From an uncultured delta proteobacterium (lineage in GTDB: Bacteria > Desulfobacterota > Binatia > UBA9968), in the NCBI GenBank assembly GCA_963737905.1, contig CAVTUQ010000030.1, forward strand, positions 1 through 64,000: a stretch of DNA of 64,000 bases. Direction: 5' to 3'. Shown here one piece after another: positions 29,188 to 40,948 of this stretch. Position numbers and translations under genes: made by a program. The notes below the pieces were generated by a model. It was given only the letters and a program-made list of their open reading frames with translations, was not told where the DNA came from and made no database searches. How positions within the stretch are numbered: position 1 is the first letter of the stretch; each line of letters begins with the position of its first letter.

Positions 29188-30407
29188 ACATGCCCCTGCT
29201 TACCGATAAATGCATCGTGCAACACGCGCACCGCTAGTTCGGTATATTTGGCGTCGATGACGACGGAAATCTTGATCTCCGAGGTTGAAATCATCTCGAT
29301 GTTGATTCCTTCCCGCGCCAGCACTTCAAACATTTTGGCCGCCACCCCCGCATGGGTGCGCATTCCCACTCCGACCACGGAAACTTTGGCGATGTCGGTG
29401 TCGACTTTTACCCCTTTGGCTTTCAACGCGGGCAATGTTTGCTCGACGATGGCCAGCGCCTTTTTATGATCCGCTTTGGAGATGGTAAAAGTCAAATCGG
29501 TGGTGCCGTCTTCGCTGGCGTTCTGTATAATCATGTCGACGACGATATGGGCATCCGCAATGGGGCCAAAAATCTGCGCGGCGAGCCCCGGGCGGTCCGG
29601 AACTCGCACCAGCGTGATCTTCGCTTCATTCTTGTCGTAACTGACGCCGGAAACCAACACGTCGTCCATGCTTTCATCCTCCTTGACCAGCCACGTCCCT
29701 TCGACATCGGCAAAAGTGGAACGGACATGCACCGGAACCGAAAACTTCTTGGCAAACTCGACGGAGCGAATCTCCAGGACTTTGGCTCCCGTGCTGGCAA
29801 GCTCGATCATCTCGTCATAAGAAATGCGAGGCAATTTTTTTGCCTGCGGACAGATCCCCGGGTCCGTGGTGAAAACACCATCGACGTCGGTGTAGATCTC
29901 ACAGGCGGCGGCCTTGAGAAATGCCGCCAAGGCGACCGCACTGGTATCCGACCCGCCCCGCCCCAGGGTGGTGATATTGTCCTCCTCATCGACGCCCTGA
30001 AAGCCGGCCACCACGACGACCTCCCCCGCTCGCAACGAGTGTACGATTTTCGTGGAATCGATGTTTCTGATGCGCGCCTTACCGTACGCCTTGTCGGTTC
30101 CGATCCTCACCTGATGACCCAGGAAGGACCGCGCCGGCTGCCCCAGTTCTTTCAAGGCGAGGCTCAATAAAGCGATGGAGACTTGCTCCCCGGACGCGAG
30201 CAAGACATCCTTCTCGCGCTCGTCCGGCGTGTCTGAGATTTCGTGCGCCAGGGCTACCAGCCGGTTGGTCTCGCCGGCCATAGCGGAAACTACCACTACA
30301 ACATCATTGCCGGCCCGCTTCGCGGCGCGAATTTTCTCCGCCACATGCTTGATGCGCTCCACCGTTCCCACCGACGTTCCGCCATATTTTTGTACCAGCA
30401 ACGACAT
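29184..30407 (-). CDS. lysC: Aspartate kinase
   Basis: [17 protein letters not shown], two ACT domains, internal beta-subunit-like ESMDD. Confidence 0.96.
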   Translation of the reverse strand: MSLLVQKYGGTSVGTVERIKHVAEKIRAAKRAGNDVVVVVSAMAGETNRLVALAHEISDTPDEREKDVLLASGEQVSIALLSLALKELGQPARSFLGHQVRIGTDKAYGKARIRNIDSTKIVHSLRAGEVVVVAGFQGVDEEDNITTLGRGGSDTSAVALAAFLKAAACEIYTDVDGVFTTDPGICPQAKKLPRISYDEMIELASTGAKVLEIRSVEFAKKFSVPVHVRSTFADVEGTWLVKEDESMDDVLVSGVSYDKNEAKITLVRVPDRPGLAAQIFGPIADAHIVVDMIIQNASEDGTTDLTFTISKADHKKALAIVEQTLPALKAKGVKVDTDIAKVSVVGVGMRTHAGVAAKMFEVLAREGINIEMISTSEIKISVVIDAKYTELAVRVLHDAFIGKQGHV

Positions 30408-30414
30408 TGCTATT

Positions 30415-30882
30415 TTAAAGCCTTAAACCTTCGATGATTTCTCCGTACCGTTGACCATGCGAGCTAAACGTTAATCGCCGTCGATTACCATCGACATGCG
30501 CCACCCTGAGTTCGAGATATTCATCCACTTCGTCGGCGGGAAGATGTTCGAACCATTCAATCAAACTCACCCCGTCCGCAAACAAGTACTCGCGAAGGTT
30601 AAGTCCGTCCAGTTGAGGTCGAGTCTCGATCCGATAAAGATCGATGTGATAAACCGGCAACCGGCCCTGGTATTCGTTTATCAAAGTAAAGCTCGGGCTT
30701 CGAATCCAGGCTGCTTTGTCCACTTCGAGGCCCTGTGTCACACCCCGAACAAAACACGTCTTGCCGGCTCCCAACTCGCCAATAAGAGCAATGATTTCAC
30801 CGCCTTGCAACAATTTACCGAGCCGGCTTCCCAAACTCATCGTCTGGCGAGGCGAACGGGTCAAGACACTCCACGTAGCCAT
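30415..30882 (-). CDS. tsaE: t6A biosynthesis ATPase
   Basis: [21 protein letters not shown]. Confidence 0.95.
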   Translation of the reverse strand: MATWSVLTRSPRQTMSLGSRLGKLLQGGEIIALIGELGAGKTCFVRGVTQGLEVDKAAWIRSPSFTLINEYQGRLPVYHIDLYRIETRPQLDGLNLREYLFADGVSLIEWFEHLPADEVDEYLELRVAHVDGNRRRLTFSSHGQRYGEIIEGLRL

Positions 30883-30936
30883 CAGGCAATGCGCCCCACA
30901 AGCACAACTAATATATTTTTGTTGAGATTTCGAGGA

Positions 30937-32493
30937 CTAAGGCGCCGCCATTGACAACGCGCGAATTCCCGACGGCAGGCCCTCGATAATATCTGATGCT
31001 ATCAGCCCTATTTGACCCTTCGCCGCCGCCACACGATCACCCACAAAACCGTGCAGATAGACTCCAAGCTTCATCGCATCCTCGGGACTAAATCCTTGGC
31101 CCAAAAGGGCCGCTAATATCCCGGCGAGAACATCGCCCATACCGCCGCTGGCCATTCCAGGATTACCGGTGGGATTGATGAATACCTTTCCCTCCGCTGT
31201 CGCGATCACCGTTCTCGCCCCCTTGAGCACCACGTGACAGTGGCGCTCAAGCGCAAAGGAGCGAGCGGTGCCGACGCGGTCTCCATTTACGGCCACGGTG
31301 TCCTTGCCGATTAATCGCGCCATCTCTCCCGGGTGGGGTGTGATAACAGGAGGCGTCTTGGCCATGCGTAATCGATCCGCTTCCAGCGCTAGATTGTTGA
31401 GGCCGTCCGCGTCGACAACCCACGGAATCTCTAGATTCCGCAGCAACCAGCGGAGCGCACTCCGCGTCGAGTCGTTGACTCCGATGCCCGGACCAAACAG
31501 CAACGAACTCTTTCGCTCCAGCAAACGGCGCCATTCTTCATCGCCAAGCGGTTCCATCTCCTCAGACTCGTTGTAACGCAGTGGCTCAGTCATCACTTCG
31601 ACCAGGGAGCCGGCGAAAATATCGTTCAGCGATCGCGCCGCGGCAAGGGTCACCAAACCCGCCCCACTCCGCATGGCTGCGCGGCAGGCCAACATCGCTG
31701 CGCCCGTTTTGCCACGGGAACCCGCCATCACCAGCAGGTGGCCGTAAGTGCCTTTGTGCGTGTCTGACTCTCTGACGGGAACAAGCCAACGGATCTCTTC
31801 TCTTTCCAAAAGCTCGATGTACGGAGACACTTCCTGAACCGCGCGGCAATCGATACCAATATCGGCAATCGCCAAGTCGCCGGCATAGTTCAAGCCGGGA
31901 TAAATAACCTCACCGAGCTTTGGATAGGCCAAGGCCACGGTCATTTCCGCCTGAACAGCGACGCCAAGCGGCGTTCCACTATCCGTATCGAGACCCGATG
32001 GAATATCGACGGCGACCATCGGAACCCCGCATGCGTTCATGACTGTTATTGCTTCAGCGTAAAGACTGCCCACGGCGTTTTTTATCCCCGTTCCAAGAAT
32101 CGCGTCCACGATCAATCCCTTCCCGCGCATCCGTTCGCTGAGCAGGCTCCGAGATCCTTCGGTAATCTCGGTGACTTTTCCACCGACTTTTACATAGGCC
32201 CCGCGATTGTGAGCGGCGTCCGGTGACACCTCGTTTTTCCGCGCTAGGAGTGCAACCTCGGAAGAAATCCGTTTTTTCTTGAGCAATCGCGCGACGACGA
32301 ATCCATCCCCGCCATTATTGCCTTTGCCGGCAACTACCAAAACCCCTTTTTTGGCGGCTCCTCCAAAACGTTCGAGAATCGCCTTTGCTATCCCCTCTCC
32401 GGCTTGCTCCATCAAGGCGAGACTGGGCACCCCGTACTTCTGGATCGTTAACCGATCCATCTCGCGCATCTGCGCAGCGGTAACGACAAGCAT
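30937..32493 (-). CDS. nnr: Bifunctional NAD(P)HX epimerase/dehydratase
   Basis: GKGNNGGDG, DIPSG, HKGTYG, DADGL, TPHPGE, GGMGDVLAG. Confidence 0.95.
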   Translation of the reverse strand: MLVVTAAQMREMDRLTIQKYGVPSLALMEQAGEGIAKAILERFGGAAKKGVLVVAGKGNNGGDGFVVARLLKKKRISSEVALLARKNEVSPDAAHNRGAYVKVGGKVTEITEGSRSLLSERMRGKGLIVDAILGTGIKNAVGSLYAEAITVMNACGVPMVAVDIPSGLDTDSGTPLGVAVQAEMTVALAYPKLGEVIYPGLNYAGDLAIADIGIDCRAVQEVSPYIELLEREEIRWLVPVRESDTHKGTYGHLLVMAGSRGKTGAAMLACRAAMRSGAGLVTLAAARSLNDIFAGSLVEVMTEPLRYNESEEMEPLGDEEWRRLLERKSSLLFGPGIGVNDSTRSALRWLLRNLEIPWVVDADGLNNLALEADRLRMAKTPPVITPHPGEMARLIGKDTVAVNGDRVGTARSFALERHCHVVLKGARTVIATAEGKVFINPTGNPGMASGGMGDVLAGILAALLGQGFSPEDAMKLGVYLHGFVGDRVAAAKGQIGLIASDIIEGLPSGIRALSMAAP

Positions 32494-32500
32494 GGTTGAA

Positions 32501-32581
32501 AACGTTCAAGCGTTCAAATCGTTCAACCGCTCCGCTCCGATCAAAACGGTCTTGAACCATTTGAACGTTGAATTTGAACGG
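32501..32581. repeat. GTTCAA/TTGAAC tandem-unit inverted element
   Basis: cgttcaa x3, then ttgaac/ttgaat x4; fills the pdxJ-nnr gap. Confidence 0.8.
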
Positions 32582-33304
32582 CTATTCTCTCGCTTTGTCG
32601 AGCACTGCCCTCATCTCGCGCACAGCTTGTTCGATCCCGACGATAACCGCGCGGGCGATAATACTGTGGCCGATGTTGAGTTCGACGATTTCCGGGATGG
32701 TGGCGATGGGTGGAACATTATTGTAATCGAGGCCGTGCCCCCCGTGAACTTCCAAACCGAGGCTGCGGGCAAGAGCCGCCGCTGCGGCAACTGCATCACG
32801 CTCCCTGATCCGTTCGGTTTCGGCAGCGTTGCAGTACGCTCCTGTGTGGATCTCTATTGCATGAGCACCAACCGACTGACTCGCTTCTATCTGACTCTTT
32901 TCGGGATCAATGAACAGGCTTACGTGGATGCCTCGTTGCTCGAGACGTCCGACGGCCTCCAGAATTTTTTGCTTGTTTGCCGCGACATCGAGACCACCTT
33001 CGGTGGTGAGCTCCTCCCGCTTTTCCGGCACGAAACACGCATCATCCGGTCGCAACCTCTCCGCAAATGCAACCATGGCTGGAGTCACAGCCATTTCTAA
33101 ATTAAGCTTTGTTCTTAGCCGTTGGCGCATGAGCTCCACGTCACGCTCCTGGATATGCCGTCGATCTTCCCGGAGATGCACGGTGATGCCATCTGCGCCG
33201 GCCTTCTCGGCCAACAACGCCGCCTCCACCGGATCCGGGACCTGGGCACGGCGCGCCTGTCGCACCGTCGCCACATGATCGACGTTGACGCCTAAACGAA
33301 TCAC
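32582..33304 (-). CDS. pdxJ: Pyridoxine 5'-phosphate synthase
   Basis: [26 protein letters not shown]. Confidence 0.97.
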   Translation of the reverse strand: MIRLGVNVDHVATVRQARRAQVPDPVEAALLAEKAGADGITVHLREDRRHIQERDVELMRQRLRTKLNLEMAVTPAMVAFAERLRPDDACFVPEKREELTTEGGLDVAANKQKILEAVGRLEQRGIHVSLFIDPEKSQIEASQSVGAHAIEIHTGAYCNAAETERIRERDAVAAAAALARSLGLEVHGGHGLDYNNVPPIATIPEIVELNIGHSIIARAVIVGIEQAVREMRAVLDKARE

Positions 33305-33307
33305 GGA

Positions 33308-34765
33308 CTATGCCCCTACTTCTGCGCGAATCGCGTCGGCAATCTCGCCCGCCATCTGCTTGACCTTGTCTTCGTTTTCGCCTTCCAGCATCACTCGCGC
33401 TAGTAACTCGGTGCCGGAATAGCGGACCAGCATTCTACCCCGTTCCTTGAGATCCTCTTGTATCTTTGCCATCGTCTGCTGGACGCGCGGCATGGTTGCC
33501 AAAGCTTTCTTATCTTTCACTCGGACATTAATCAGCACTTGAGGCAGTCGGGTCATGACTTTTTTGAGCTCGCTCAGCCGTTTTCCTTTTTCCATCAACA
33601 GCGCCAGGACTTGCAGGCAGGTAATTGCGCCGTCACCAGTGGTATTGTGATCCAAAAAAACGATGTGGCCCGACTGCTCACCGCCCAGGTTGTGTCCGCC
33701 AGCCAGCATCCGTTCGACCACGTAACGGTCCCCGACTTCGGTGCGCAGCAGTGTAATCCCGAGATCTTTTAGCGCGAGCTCCAGGCCAAGATTGCTCATC
33801 ACCGTAGCCACAACGGTTTTCTGCTTGAGGGTTCCCTTCTCTTGCATGTCTTTCGCACACATAGCTAGAACTTGATCGCCGTCCAATATTTCACCGGTTT
33901 CATCGACGAACAGCGCGCGATCCGCGTCCCCGTCCAAAGACACCGCGAAATCCGCATGTTCGTGCAACAGAACGTCTCGCGCGGTCTCCGGATGGAGGGC
34001 CCCGCAACGGCGGTTGATATTTTCGCCGTCGGGCTGAACCCCCAGCGGAATCACCTCGGCGCCCAACTCCGATAAAACCTCCGGCACAACCCGATAGGCG
34101 GCGCCATGGCCGCAATCGGTGACGATGCGTAGCCCCTCTAAAGTGAGATGACGTGGAAAACTGTTTTTTAGGAACACGATATACCGACCCACCGCATCGC
34201 TGATCCGAACGGCCTTACCGATCTTAGAAGCGGTGGGTCGGTCATGTTCCGTCTCGCCGTTGAAAATCATCTCCTCCATCCGTGCTTCGACTTCGTCCGG
34301 CAACTTAAATCCATCCCACGAGAAGAATTTGATGCCGTTATCCTGATAAGGGTTGTGGGAAGCCGAAATCACCACACCCGCATCCGCTCTCATGCTGCGG
34401 GTGAGAAAGGCGACACCTGGCGTGGGCATGGGACCCACGAGTTGCACATCCGCTCCCATGGAACAAATACCTGAAGCCAGCGCCGTTTCCAGCATGTAAC
34501 CAGATAACCGGGTGTCTTTGCCGATAAGGATTTTGTAGCGATGCCCCGTGTCCCCGCCGAGTATTTTCGTTAGAGACGGTGGGCTGCGGCGCCCCGATCC
34601 GTTATCGGGTTGCGCTACCGGATCCTGCAGGACCCGGGCAATCGCTCGTCCCAACTTGAGCGCCATTTCCGATGTCATCGGCTCCTGGTTCGCGACTCCT
34701 CTGACGCCGTCGGTTCCGAAAAGGCGGCGCTCGGGTTTCTTTTTTTTCTCTTCTGCTTGGGCCAT
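33308..34765 (-). CDS. glmM: Phosphoglucosamine mutase
   Basis: [34 protein letters not shown]. Confidence 0.96.
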   Translation of the reverse strand: MAQAEEKKKKPERRLFGTDGVRGVANQEPMTSEMALKLGRAIARVLQDPVAQPDNGSGRRSPPSLTKILGGDTGHRYKILIGKDTRLSGYMLETALASGICSMGADVQLVGPMPTPGVAFLTRSMRADAGVVISASHNPYQDNGIKFFSWDGFKLPDEVEARMEEMIFNGETEHDRPTASKIGKAVRISDAVGRYIVFLKNSFPRHLTLEGLRIVTDCGHGAAYRVVPEVLSELGAEVIPLGVQPDGENINRRCGALHPETARDVLLHEHADFAVSLDGDADRALFVDETGEILDGDQVLAMCAKDMQEKGTLKQKTVVATVMSNLGLELALKDLGITLLRTEVGDRYVVERMLAGGHNLGGEQSGHIVFLDHNTTGDGAITCLQVLALLMEKGKRLSELKKVMTRLPQVLINVRVKDKKALATMPRVQQTMAKIQEDLKERGRMLVRYSGTELLARVMLEGENEDKVKQMAGEIADAIRAEVGA

Positions 34766-34784
34766 CGATCTCAACTCCTTCTTG

Positions 34785-35723
34785 CTAAGAGGACCTCGGC
34801 TCTGCTTTCGTGATTCGAACTTTAAATCGCTGTGGCTTTTGCTCCGTCACTTTAACCTCAGGCGGTAAACTAATGCTCAGCGGAACGGAATGTTCCCCGG
34901 GTGCCAACCCCTTTAGGTTCAGATAAACTTGATCCGTTCCTAGTTCAAGCTTTTCAATGACGTCCCTGGGACCCGAGAGCCGCAAATAGACCGATCGCGG
35001 GCTTACGATATATTTCCCCGAAAACCCTTTCGCTTCCACGTCAATATCGGTGAAAGCTCGGCTGACTTCCTCTTCTTCCATGGTTATCGCAACCTCTACC
35101 TGGTCCGGAGAGAACGAAAACGGTTTTCCATCCGTCGAGAGTCGAACCTTGCGCCTGATAGTACTACGGCTGTCCTCGAGATCGATGGGAAGAGTCTCCA
35201 CGGATGCGAGGCGACGTACTTCTTCCGCGGGTCCGAGAACCGAAATACGTGCAGGATCCACTAACGTCTCTGCGATCTTGTGCCCCGCGGCCGGCCTGTT
35301 GACAAAGCGCACCACCACCGGCAGCACCCGCCTCAGGACCGGTTCCAAACGCAAATGAATGACCGGCGGAGTAATCCGTGCAATCGTCACGCCGCGGGGA
35401 ATGTTAAAAAAACTGGGTCCCAGTGGATAACTTACGGACCCTGGCTTCGCGCCATCAAGATCCAAGCCGAGCTTCAAGTCCCCCGCATCCAAGGTGGACA
35501 CTAAAGTCCGAGGCCCGGTTAAGCGTAAAACCACGTAGTCCACGCGATTATCCATAACCATGAGGTCGGAGGGAATGCTGCGGAATTCGACCGGCACCTC
35601 AACGGCTCGCTCGACGTCCCGATGGCCCGCCACCCAAAGTCCCACAGCGATAACGATCGCAAGGACCTTGAGTCCGAAATTGCTCCCCGCAAGCGAAACG
35701 ATTTTGTCCCACACAAACTTCAT
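34785..35723 (-). CDS. cdaR: CdaR/YbbR-domain protein
   Basis: N-terminal TM plus YbbR-like repeats; lies between cdaA and glmM. Confidence 0.85.
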   Translation of the reverse strand: MKFVWDKIVSLAGSNFGLKVLAIVIAVGLWVAGHRDVERAVEVPVEFRSIPSDLMVMDNRVDYVVLRLTGPRTLVSTLDAGDLKLGLDLDGAKPGSVSYPLGPSFFNIPRGVTIARITPPVIHLRLEPVLRRVLPVVVRFVNRPAAGHKIAETLVDPARISVLGPAEEVRRLASVETLPIDLEDSRSTIRRKVRLSTDGKPFSFSPDQVEVAITMEEEEVSRAFTDIDVEAKGFSGKYIVSPRSVYLRLSGPRDVIEKLELGTDQVYLNLKGLAPGEHSVPLSISLPPEVKVTEQKPQRFKVRITKAEPRSS

Positions 35724-36475
35724 GAACCGACCAACTCGCGCAGGGCGTTTCTCAGCCTCGGACCGTCGATGTTCTCTGTAACGTTGCCACCGACCACGAG
35801 GGCGACCGTCCCTTCTTGCTCCGAAATGACAATCGCGACGGCATCCGTTTCTTCAGTGACACCGATGGCGGCGCGATGCCGCGTTCCCCAACTTTTTCTC
35901 AAGTTTGGATTGGTGCTGAGTGGCAGCAGGCAGCGAACCGCAGTGATTTTACCCCTTTGGATGACGAGAGCGCCATCGTGAATCGGCGAATGGGGTTGAA
36001 AAACGCTTTCCATTAACTCGCGGCTGACCCGGGCATCCAGACGCGTACCGATTTCCATATACTCATTTAGCCCCACCTCACGTTGCCAAACGATCAAAGC
36101 GCCAAAGCGTTTCTCAGCCAGCACCATCGCCGCCGGGACCACGTCTTCGATAATATCGTCCCGTCGTTGAACCATCCGCTCGGCGGCGAAAAGCGGCGCC
36201 GTGCCTACCCGCGTCAGCGCTCGGCGGATATCACTTTGAAAGATAACGATGATGACTAAGATGATCGATCCAAGAAAATTATCCAGAATCCAATTCAAGG
36301 TGAACAGCCCCAAGGCACGCGAAAGAACAAAAGCCGTCATGATCACTGCCAAACCAGTGACCATCTGCATCGCGCGGCTCCCTCGCAAGATTTGCAGCAA
36401 GCGGTAGATCAGAAACGTGATAATCCCGAGATCGACCCCGTCCTGCCAGCGTAGTTGACCGATCATCTCAAGCAC
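35720..36475 (-). CDS. cdaA: Diadenylate cyclase
   Basis: Three N-terminal TMs, HDGA and GTRHRAA motifs; start GTG 36475 or ATG 36466. Confidence 0.93.
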   Translation of the reverse strand: MLEMIGQLRWQDGVDLGIITFLIYRLLQILRGSRAMQMVTGLAVIMTAFVLSRALGLFTLNWILDNFLGSIILVIIVIFQSDIRRALTRVGTAPLFAAERMVQRRDDIIEDVVPAAMVLAEKRFGALIVWQREVGLNEYMEIGTRLDARVSRELMESVFQPHSPIHDGALVIQRGKITAVRCLLPLSTNPNLRKSWGTRHRAAIGVTEETDAVAIVISEQEGTVALVVGGNVTENIDGPRLRNALRELVGS

Positions 36476-36479
36476 GGGA

Positions 36480-37412
36480 TTACCTTTCCGGTCCCGGAAC
36501 ACCGAAGCGGATTGCATCGGCGACACGAATGGCCTTGCGCGTTTCCTTCACATCATGCACGCGAAGAATAACAGCGCCACCGAACACAGCAGCGATGGCG
36601 GCAGCGAGACTGCCTTCCAATCGTTCATCAGGCTCAACCCCGAGGATCCTCCCGATAAACGTTTTGCGTGATGCTCCGACCAGCAGCGGTTGTCCCAGGG
36701 AGGCGAGTGTGGGCAGCCCTCTGAGCAAAGTCAGATTGTGATCGAGGGTCTTTCCGAAACCGATGCCAGGATCGATGATGATATTCTCCCGTTCTATGCC
36801 TGCCTCAACAGCAAAGCGAACTTGAGCCGTCAAAAAATCCTGCACCTCTTGAAGCACGTTATTATAGCAAGGTTCTGTTTGCATTGTCTGCGGTGTTCCC
36901 TGCATGTGCATGAGCACAACCGGAACTTTTTCTGCGGCGAGCAGGACCGGCATCCGGGAGTCAGCCCTCAGCGCGCTGATATCGTTGACGATATCAGAAC
37001 CTTCATTCAAAGCCGCCTGGGCCACCCGCGCTTTGTACGTGTCAATCGAGATCGGCACCTGCACCGACCGGCGGAGTCCTCGTATAACGGGCAGAACCCG
37101 TTGCAGTTCTTCCTCCACGGATACCGGGCCTGCCCCGGGGCGCGTCGACTCTCCCCCGATGTCGATCATGTCAGCGCCCGCCTCGACCAGGTCTATCCCA
37201 TCCGCCACCGCTCTCTCGGGATCCAGCCGTTTTCCGCCATCATAAAAAGAATCGGGAGTAACATTGATAATGCCCATCAAAAGGGTCCGCCGCTTCGGGT
37301 CCATCGCACCGTGGCGGGTTTTAATCACGCAACGGCTGGCGTGCATCGAGTCCAAGCCTTCGTCAAAATCCCCGACTGAGAGCTTGGCGTTATGAATCTT
37401 GGCTTCGGACAT
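36480..37412 (-). CDS. folP: Dihydropteroate synthase
   Basis: NVTPDSF, GGESTRPG, DPGIGFGK, SRK, RVHDV. Confidence 0.96.
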   Translation of the reverse strand: MSEAKIHNAKLSVGDFDEGLDSMHASRCVIKTRHGAMDPKRRTLLMGIINVTPDSFYDGGKRLDPERAVADGIDLVEAGADMIDIGGESTRPGAGPVSVEEELQRVLPVIRGLRRSVQVPISIDTYKARVAQAALNEGSDIVNDISALRADSRMPVLLAAEKVPVVLMHMQGTPQTMQTEPCYNNVLQEVQDFLTAQVRFAVEAGIERENIIIDPGIGFGKTLDHNLTLLRGLPTLASLGQPLLVGASRKTFIGRILGVEPDERLEGSLAAAIAAVFGGAVILRVHDVKETRKAIRVADAIRFGVPGPER

Positions 37413-37561
37413 CGTCAATTTTAACCGATTTTTTCAACCGGAAATTAAAGTGTTCGCAACCCGCTTGCTGTGAAACGGCTCGCGGCAGGCACCAGAGAGA
37501 TTTTCGGGATGGAGAGTGGAGCTCCGAGGGGCTACTGGCTCAATCCAGCTAAAATGCAAAT

Positions 37562-39400
37562 CTATGCAATGGCCGCGGCGGTTGAAGAGGCGAGCGGGTC
37601 TCCACCGTTCCCGCCAAACTCTCTAACGATGGCGTCGATCTCCGAGCCGTCCAGGACCTCTTTTTCGAGCAGCATCTCCGCTACCTTGTGCAGCAATCGG
37701 AGGTTGGTCTTCAACAGATCCTTTGCTCGATGGTAGCTCTCTTGGATAATGCGTCTGACCTCGGCGTCGATCTCGATAGCGGTGTTCTCGGAGTAATCGA
37801 CTTTTTGAGTAAAATCTCTTCCCAGAAAAATCTCTTCCTCCTTCTTACCGAAAGTCATGGGCCCCAGTTTTTCGCTCATGCCCCATTCGCACACCATCCG
37901 GCGCGCTAGATCCGTTGCCTTTTCGATATCGTTGCCCGCGCCGGTGGTCATGTGCTCGAGCACCAATTCTTCCGCCACCCGGCCGCCAAAAAGAATCACG
38001 AGGTTGTTGAGAAGATATTCCCTGGGATAAGTATGTTTCTCGTCCATGGGAAGCTGCTGCGTCAAGCCCAGCGCCATACCACGCGGAATAATGGTGACCT
38101 TATGGATCGGATCGGCTCCCGGAAGTAGTTTCGCTACCAAAGCGTGGCCGGCTTCATGATAAGCTGTATTGCGCTTCTCTTCATCGCTGATAATCATGCT
38201 GCGCCGCTCCGCGCCCATCATCACCTTGTCTTTAGCGAGCTCGAAGTCGCCCATGTCGACTTTTTCTTTGTTATTGCGTGCTGCCAGCAGCGCCGCTTCG
38301 TTCACGAGATTCTCCAGGTCGGCGCCGGCGAACCCCGGTGTAGCCCGCGCCAGCACGCTGACATCCACATCGGTCGCCAACGGAACCTTACGGGTGTGAA
38401 CCTGCAGGATACCTTCCCGACCTTTGACGTCCGGGCGCGGTACCACGACTCTTCGATCGAATCGCCCTGGACGCAGCAGCGCCGGATCCAAAACATCGGG
38501 ACGGTTAGTCGCTGCGATAAGAATAACGCCCTCGTTGGCTTCGAAACCGTCCATCTCAACTAACAATTGATTCAACGTTTGTTCACGTTCGTCATGGCCC
38601 CCGCCAAGCCCGGCTCCGCGGTGACGACCGACAGCATCAATCTCGTCGATGAAGATAATGCACGGCGCGTTCTTTTTGCCTTGAACAAACAGATCGCGCA
38701 CGCGGGATGCACCTACGCCCACGAACATTTCAACGAAGTCGGAGCCGCTAATGCTAAAAAACGGCACTCCGGCCTCGCCAGCAATGGCTCGCGCCAGCAG
38801 GGTCTTACCCGTTCCCGGAGGCCCCACCAGAAGGCATCCTTTAGGGATTCGCCCGCCAAGTTTGGTAAATTTCTTAGGGTCTTTTAGAAAAGCGATGATT
38901 TCTTGTAGGTCGTCTTTGGCTTCGTCTACGCCGGCAACATCGCTAAAAGTCACGCGATGTTGATTCTCGGTGAGCAGCTTCGCACGGCTCTTGCCAAAGG
39001 ACATCGCTTTGCCGCCGCCCACTTGCATCTGTCGCATGAAGAAAATCCAAACGCCGATCAGAAGCAACATGGGGAACCAGTTGAGCAACAACACCATATA
39101 CCAGGGCGATTCGTCTTCGGGCTTTGCCGCGATCTTGACATTCTTATCCCGCAGCGATTTCACCAACTCCGGGTCATTGGGTGCAAAGGTTCGAAATCGT
39201 TCGCCGTTTTTGTATTTGCCCTGAATGTTGTGGCCTTGGATGATGACTTCCTGGATGTCCCCTCGATCGACCGAACTCATGAAGTCGCTAAAAACAATCT
39301 CTGGCTCGCGGCCATGCTGTTTACTGAAAACGCTGAAGATCACCAGAAAAATCAGCGCCAGAACCAACCAGAGGGCAATGTGTTTTGATGACTGGCTCAA
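37562..39400 (-). CDS. ftsH: ATP-dependent zinc metalloprotease FtsH
   Basis: Two TMs, [12 protein letters not shown], second region of homology, HEAGH; TTG start with GAGGA RBS. Confidence 0.98.
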   Translation of the reverse strand: MSQSSKHIALWLVLALIFLVIFSVFSKQHGREPEIVFSDFMSSVDRGDIQEVIIQGHNIQGKYKNGERFRTFAPNDPELVKSLRDKNVKIAAKPEDESPWYMVLLLNWFPMLLLIGVWIFFMRQMQVGGGKAMSFGKSRAKLLTENQHRVTFSDVAGVDEAKDDLQEIIAFLKDPKKFTKLGGRIPKGCLLVGPPGTGKTLLARAIAGEAGVPFFSISGSDFVEMFVGVGASRVRDLFVQGKKNAPCIIFIDEIDAVGRHRGAGLGGGHDEREQTLNQLLVEMDGFEANEGVILIAATNRPDVLDPALLRPGRFDRRVVVPRPDVKGREGILQVHTRKVPLATDVDVSVLARATPGFAGADLENLVNEAALLAARNNKEKVDMGDFELAKDKVMMGAERRSMIISDEEKRNTAYHEAGHALVAKLLPGADPIHKVTIIPRGMALGLTQQLPMDEKHTYPREYLLNNLVILFGGRVAEELVLEHMTTGAGNDIEKATDLARRMVCEWGMSEKLGPMTFGKKEEEIFLGRDFTQKVDYSENTAIEIDAEVRRIIQESYHRAKDLLKTNLRLLHKVAEMLLEKEVLDGSEIDAIVREFGGNGGDPLASSTAAAIA

Positions 39401-39455
39401 CCCAATCCTCCGTATCTGAAAAACATGAAAAGCCTAACACACCCAAGCAGTTAGA

Positions 39456-40892
39456 TCAACATACTAAAGTCCGAACAGGAACTGCTTTGAGATGCAAAAT
39501 CGCCTTGGTTGCGGGAGTCACCTTGCCGACTTCGCTTCTAGCGTATCCAGGGATCCAGATAACCTCGTTGCCAAGCACCAGAAGCGGCAAACTCGCGCGA
39601 ACCGATAGCGGCACTTTTTTGTCAATGAAGAGTTCCTTCACTTTCTTATGGCCGGTCATACCGAGGGGCTGGAAGCGGTCGCCGTAACGAAAGTTGCGTA
39701 ATGTCAAATCCGCGGCCAGAGAGGCGATATCAAACACAGCTTCCATGAAATTATCAGGTAGCCTTGGAAGCGGCGGTAAAATCTCTCGCGCCTGAATCGT
39801 CAAGCCGGCTTCGTCAATGTGCAAATCCTCACCGACCTGTAGGTCATAGCTATAACACGCGCACTCTTGCTTCAGCCTTCGAGACCGTTTTTCGAGTCTT
39901 ACTTTCTCATACTCCTTAACCAATTCCCAGCCGCCGGGAATTGAAAGGCGCCCCTGAGGAGGTCCATCCGTTACCAGATCCAACAGCGCCTCGATATGCT
40001 GAAAATCCAGACCCCGCAAGTGACCCCGAGCGGCTTCGATCCAGAGACGCAAGAGTCGCCGCTGCACGGCTTTGTTGCACTTGAGCAATGCCCCACGACT
40101 GATTCCTTCGGGTGTCCCAATTCGGTCAAGCTCAGCACGCGCGAGCCCCTCCAGGAACTCCTCTTCATCTCGAATTAACTCCGCCTGCTGCGCCAATCTC
40201 ACAGGCAAATTCCGATCCATTCTTTCTTTCAATTGAGGAATCAATTTTAGGCGAATCCAGTTGCGCAAGAAGCTGGGATCCTGATTACTGCGATCGAGCC
40301 GGAAGGTCAGGTGGTTTTCATTCAAGTACTGTACGATCTGGGCTTCGGACACGTCGAGCAATGGACGAATCACGATGAGACGGCTAGCCGACTCGATGTT
40401 CGCTCCATCGAGCTCATAGCTGGACGGCATCCCACCTAAACCCTTCAAGCCAGAGCCGCGCAGGAACCACATCAGCACGGTTTCCGCTTGGTCGTCCTCT
40501 GTATGCGCGGTGGCGATTTTATTAAGCCTGCGCTCCCGAGCCACGTCGGCAAAAAAACGATATCGTTCCGCCCGCGCCAGCGCCTCGAGATTGCCTTTTC
40601 CGGCCGCAACTTTGATCCGGGGCAGATCGACCTCCTTGAGATGAAACGGCAACCCTAACTTTTCCGCCAACTCCGCCACAAACCGTGCGTCCTCTTGAGC
40701 CTCCGCCCCGCGAATCCCATGCTGCAAATGCGCCACTTCGAGGCGCAAGCTGAGATCTTGGCGAAGGCCGGCGAGAAGATGTAGCAGCGCGACCGAATCG
40801 GGTCCGCCGGAAACCGCAACCAGCAAATCGTCGCCCCGCGAGATCATTTGATGCTTATCGATGTTTCTTTTGACTTGGTCGTTAAGTGTCAT
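39456..40892 (-). CDS. tilS: tRNA(Ile)-lysidine synthetase
   Basis: AVSGGPDS, AHTEDDQAET, RPLL, DRSN...RNWIR, TilS_C domain. Confidence 0.95.
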   Translation of the reverse strand: MTLNDQVKRNIDKHQMISRGDDLLVAVSGGPDSVALLHLLAGLRQDLSLRLEVAHLQHGIRGAEAQEDARFVAELAEKLGLPFHLKEVDLPRIKVAAGKGNLEALARAERYRFFADVARERRLNKIATAHTEDDQAETVLMWFLRGSGLKGLGGMPSSYELDGANIESASRLIVIRPLLDVSEAQIVQYLNENHLTFRLDRSNQDPSFLRNWIRLKLIPQLKERMDRNLPVRLAQQAELIRDEEEFLEGLARAELDRIGTPEGISRGALLKCNKAVQRRLLRLWIEAARGHLRGLDFQHIEALLDLVTDGPPQGRLSIPGGWELVKEYEKVRLEKRSRRLKQECACYSYDLQVGEDLHIDEAGLTIQAREILPPLPRLPDNFMEAVFDIASLAADLTLRNFRYGDRFQPLGMTGHKKVKELFIDKKVPLSVRASLPLLVLGNEVIWIPGYARSEVGKVTPATKAILHLKAVPVRTLVC

Positions 40893-40948
40893 CACCAAAT
40901 CCTTGAGGCTTTTGCACGGGCAAATCAAATGCGGCGAAGGTAGTAACG

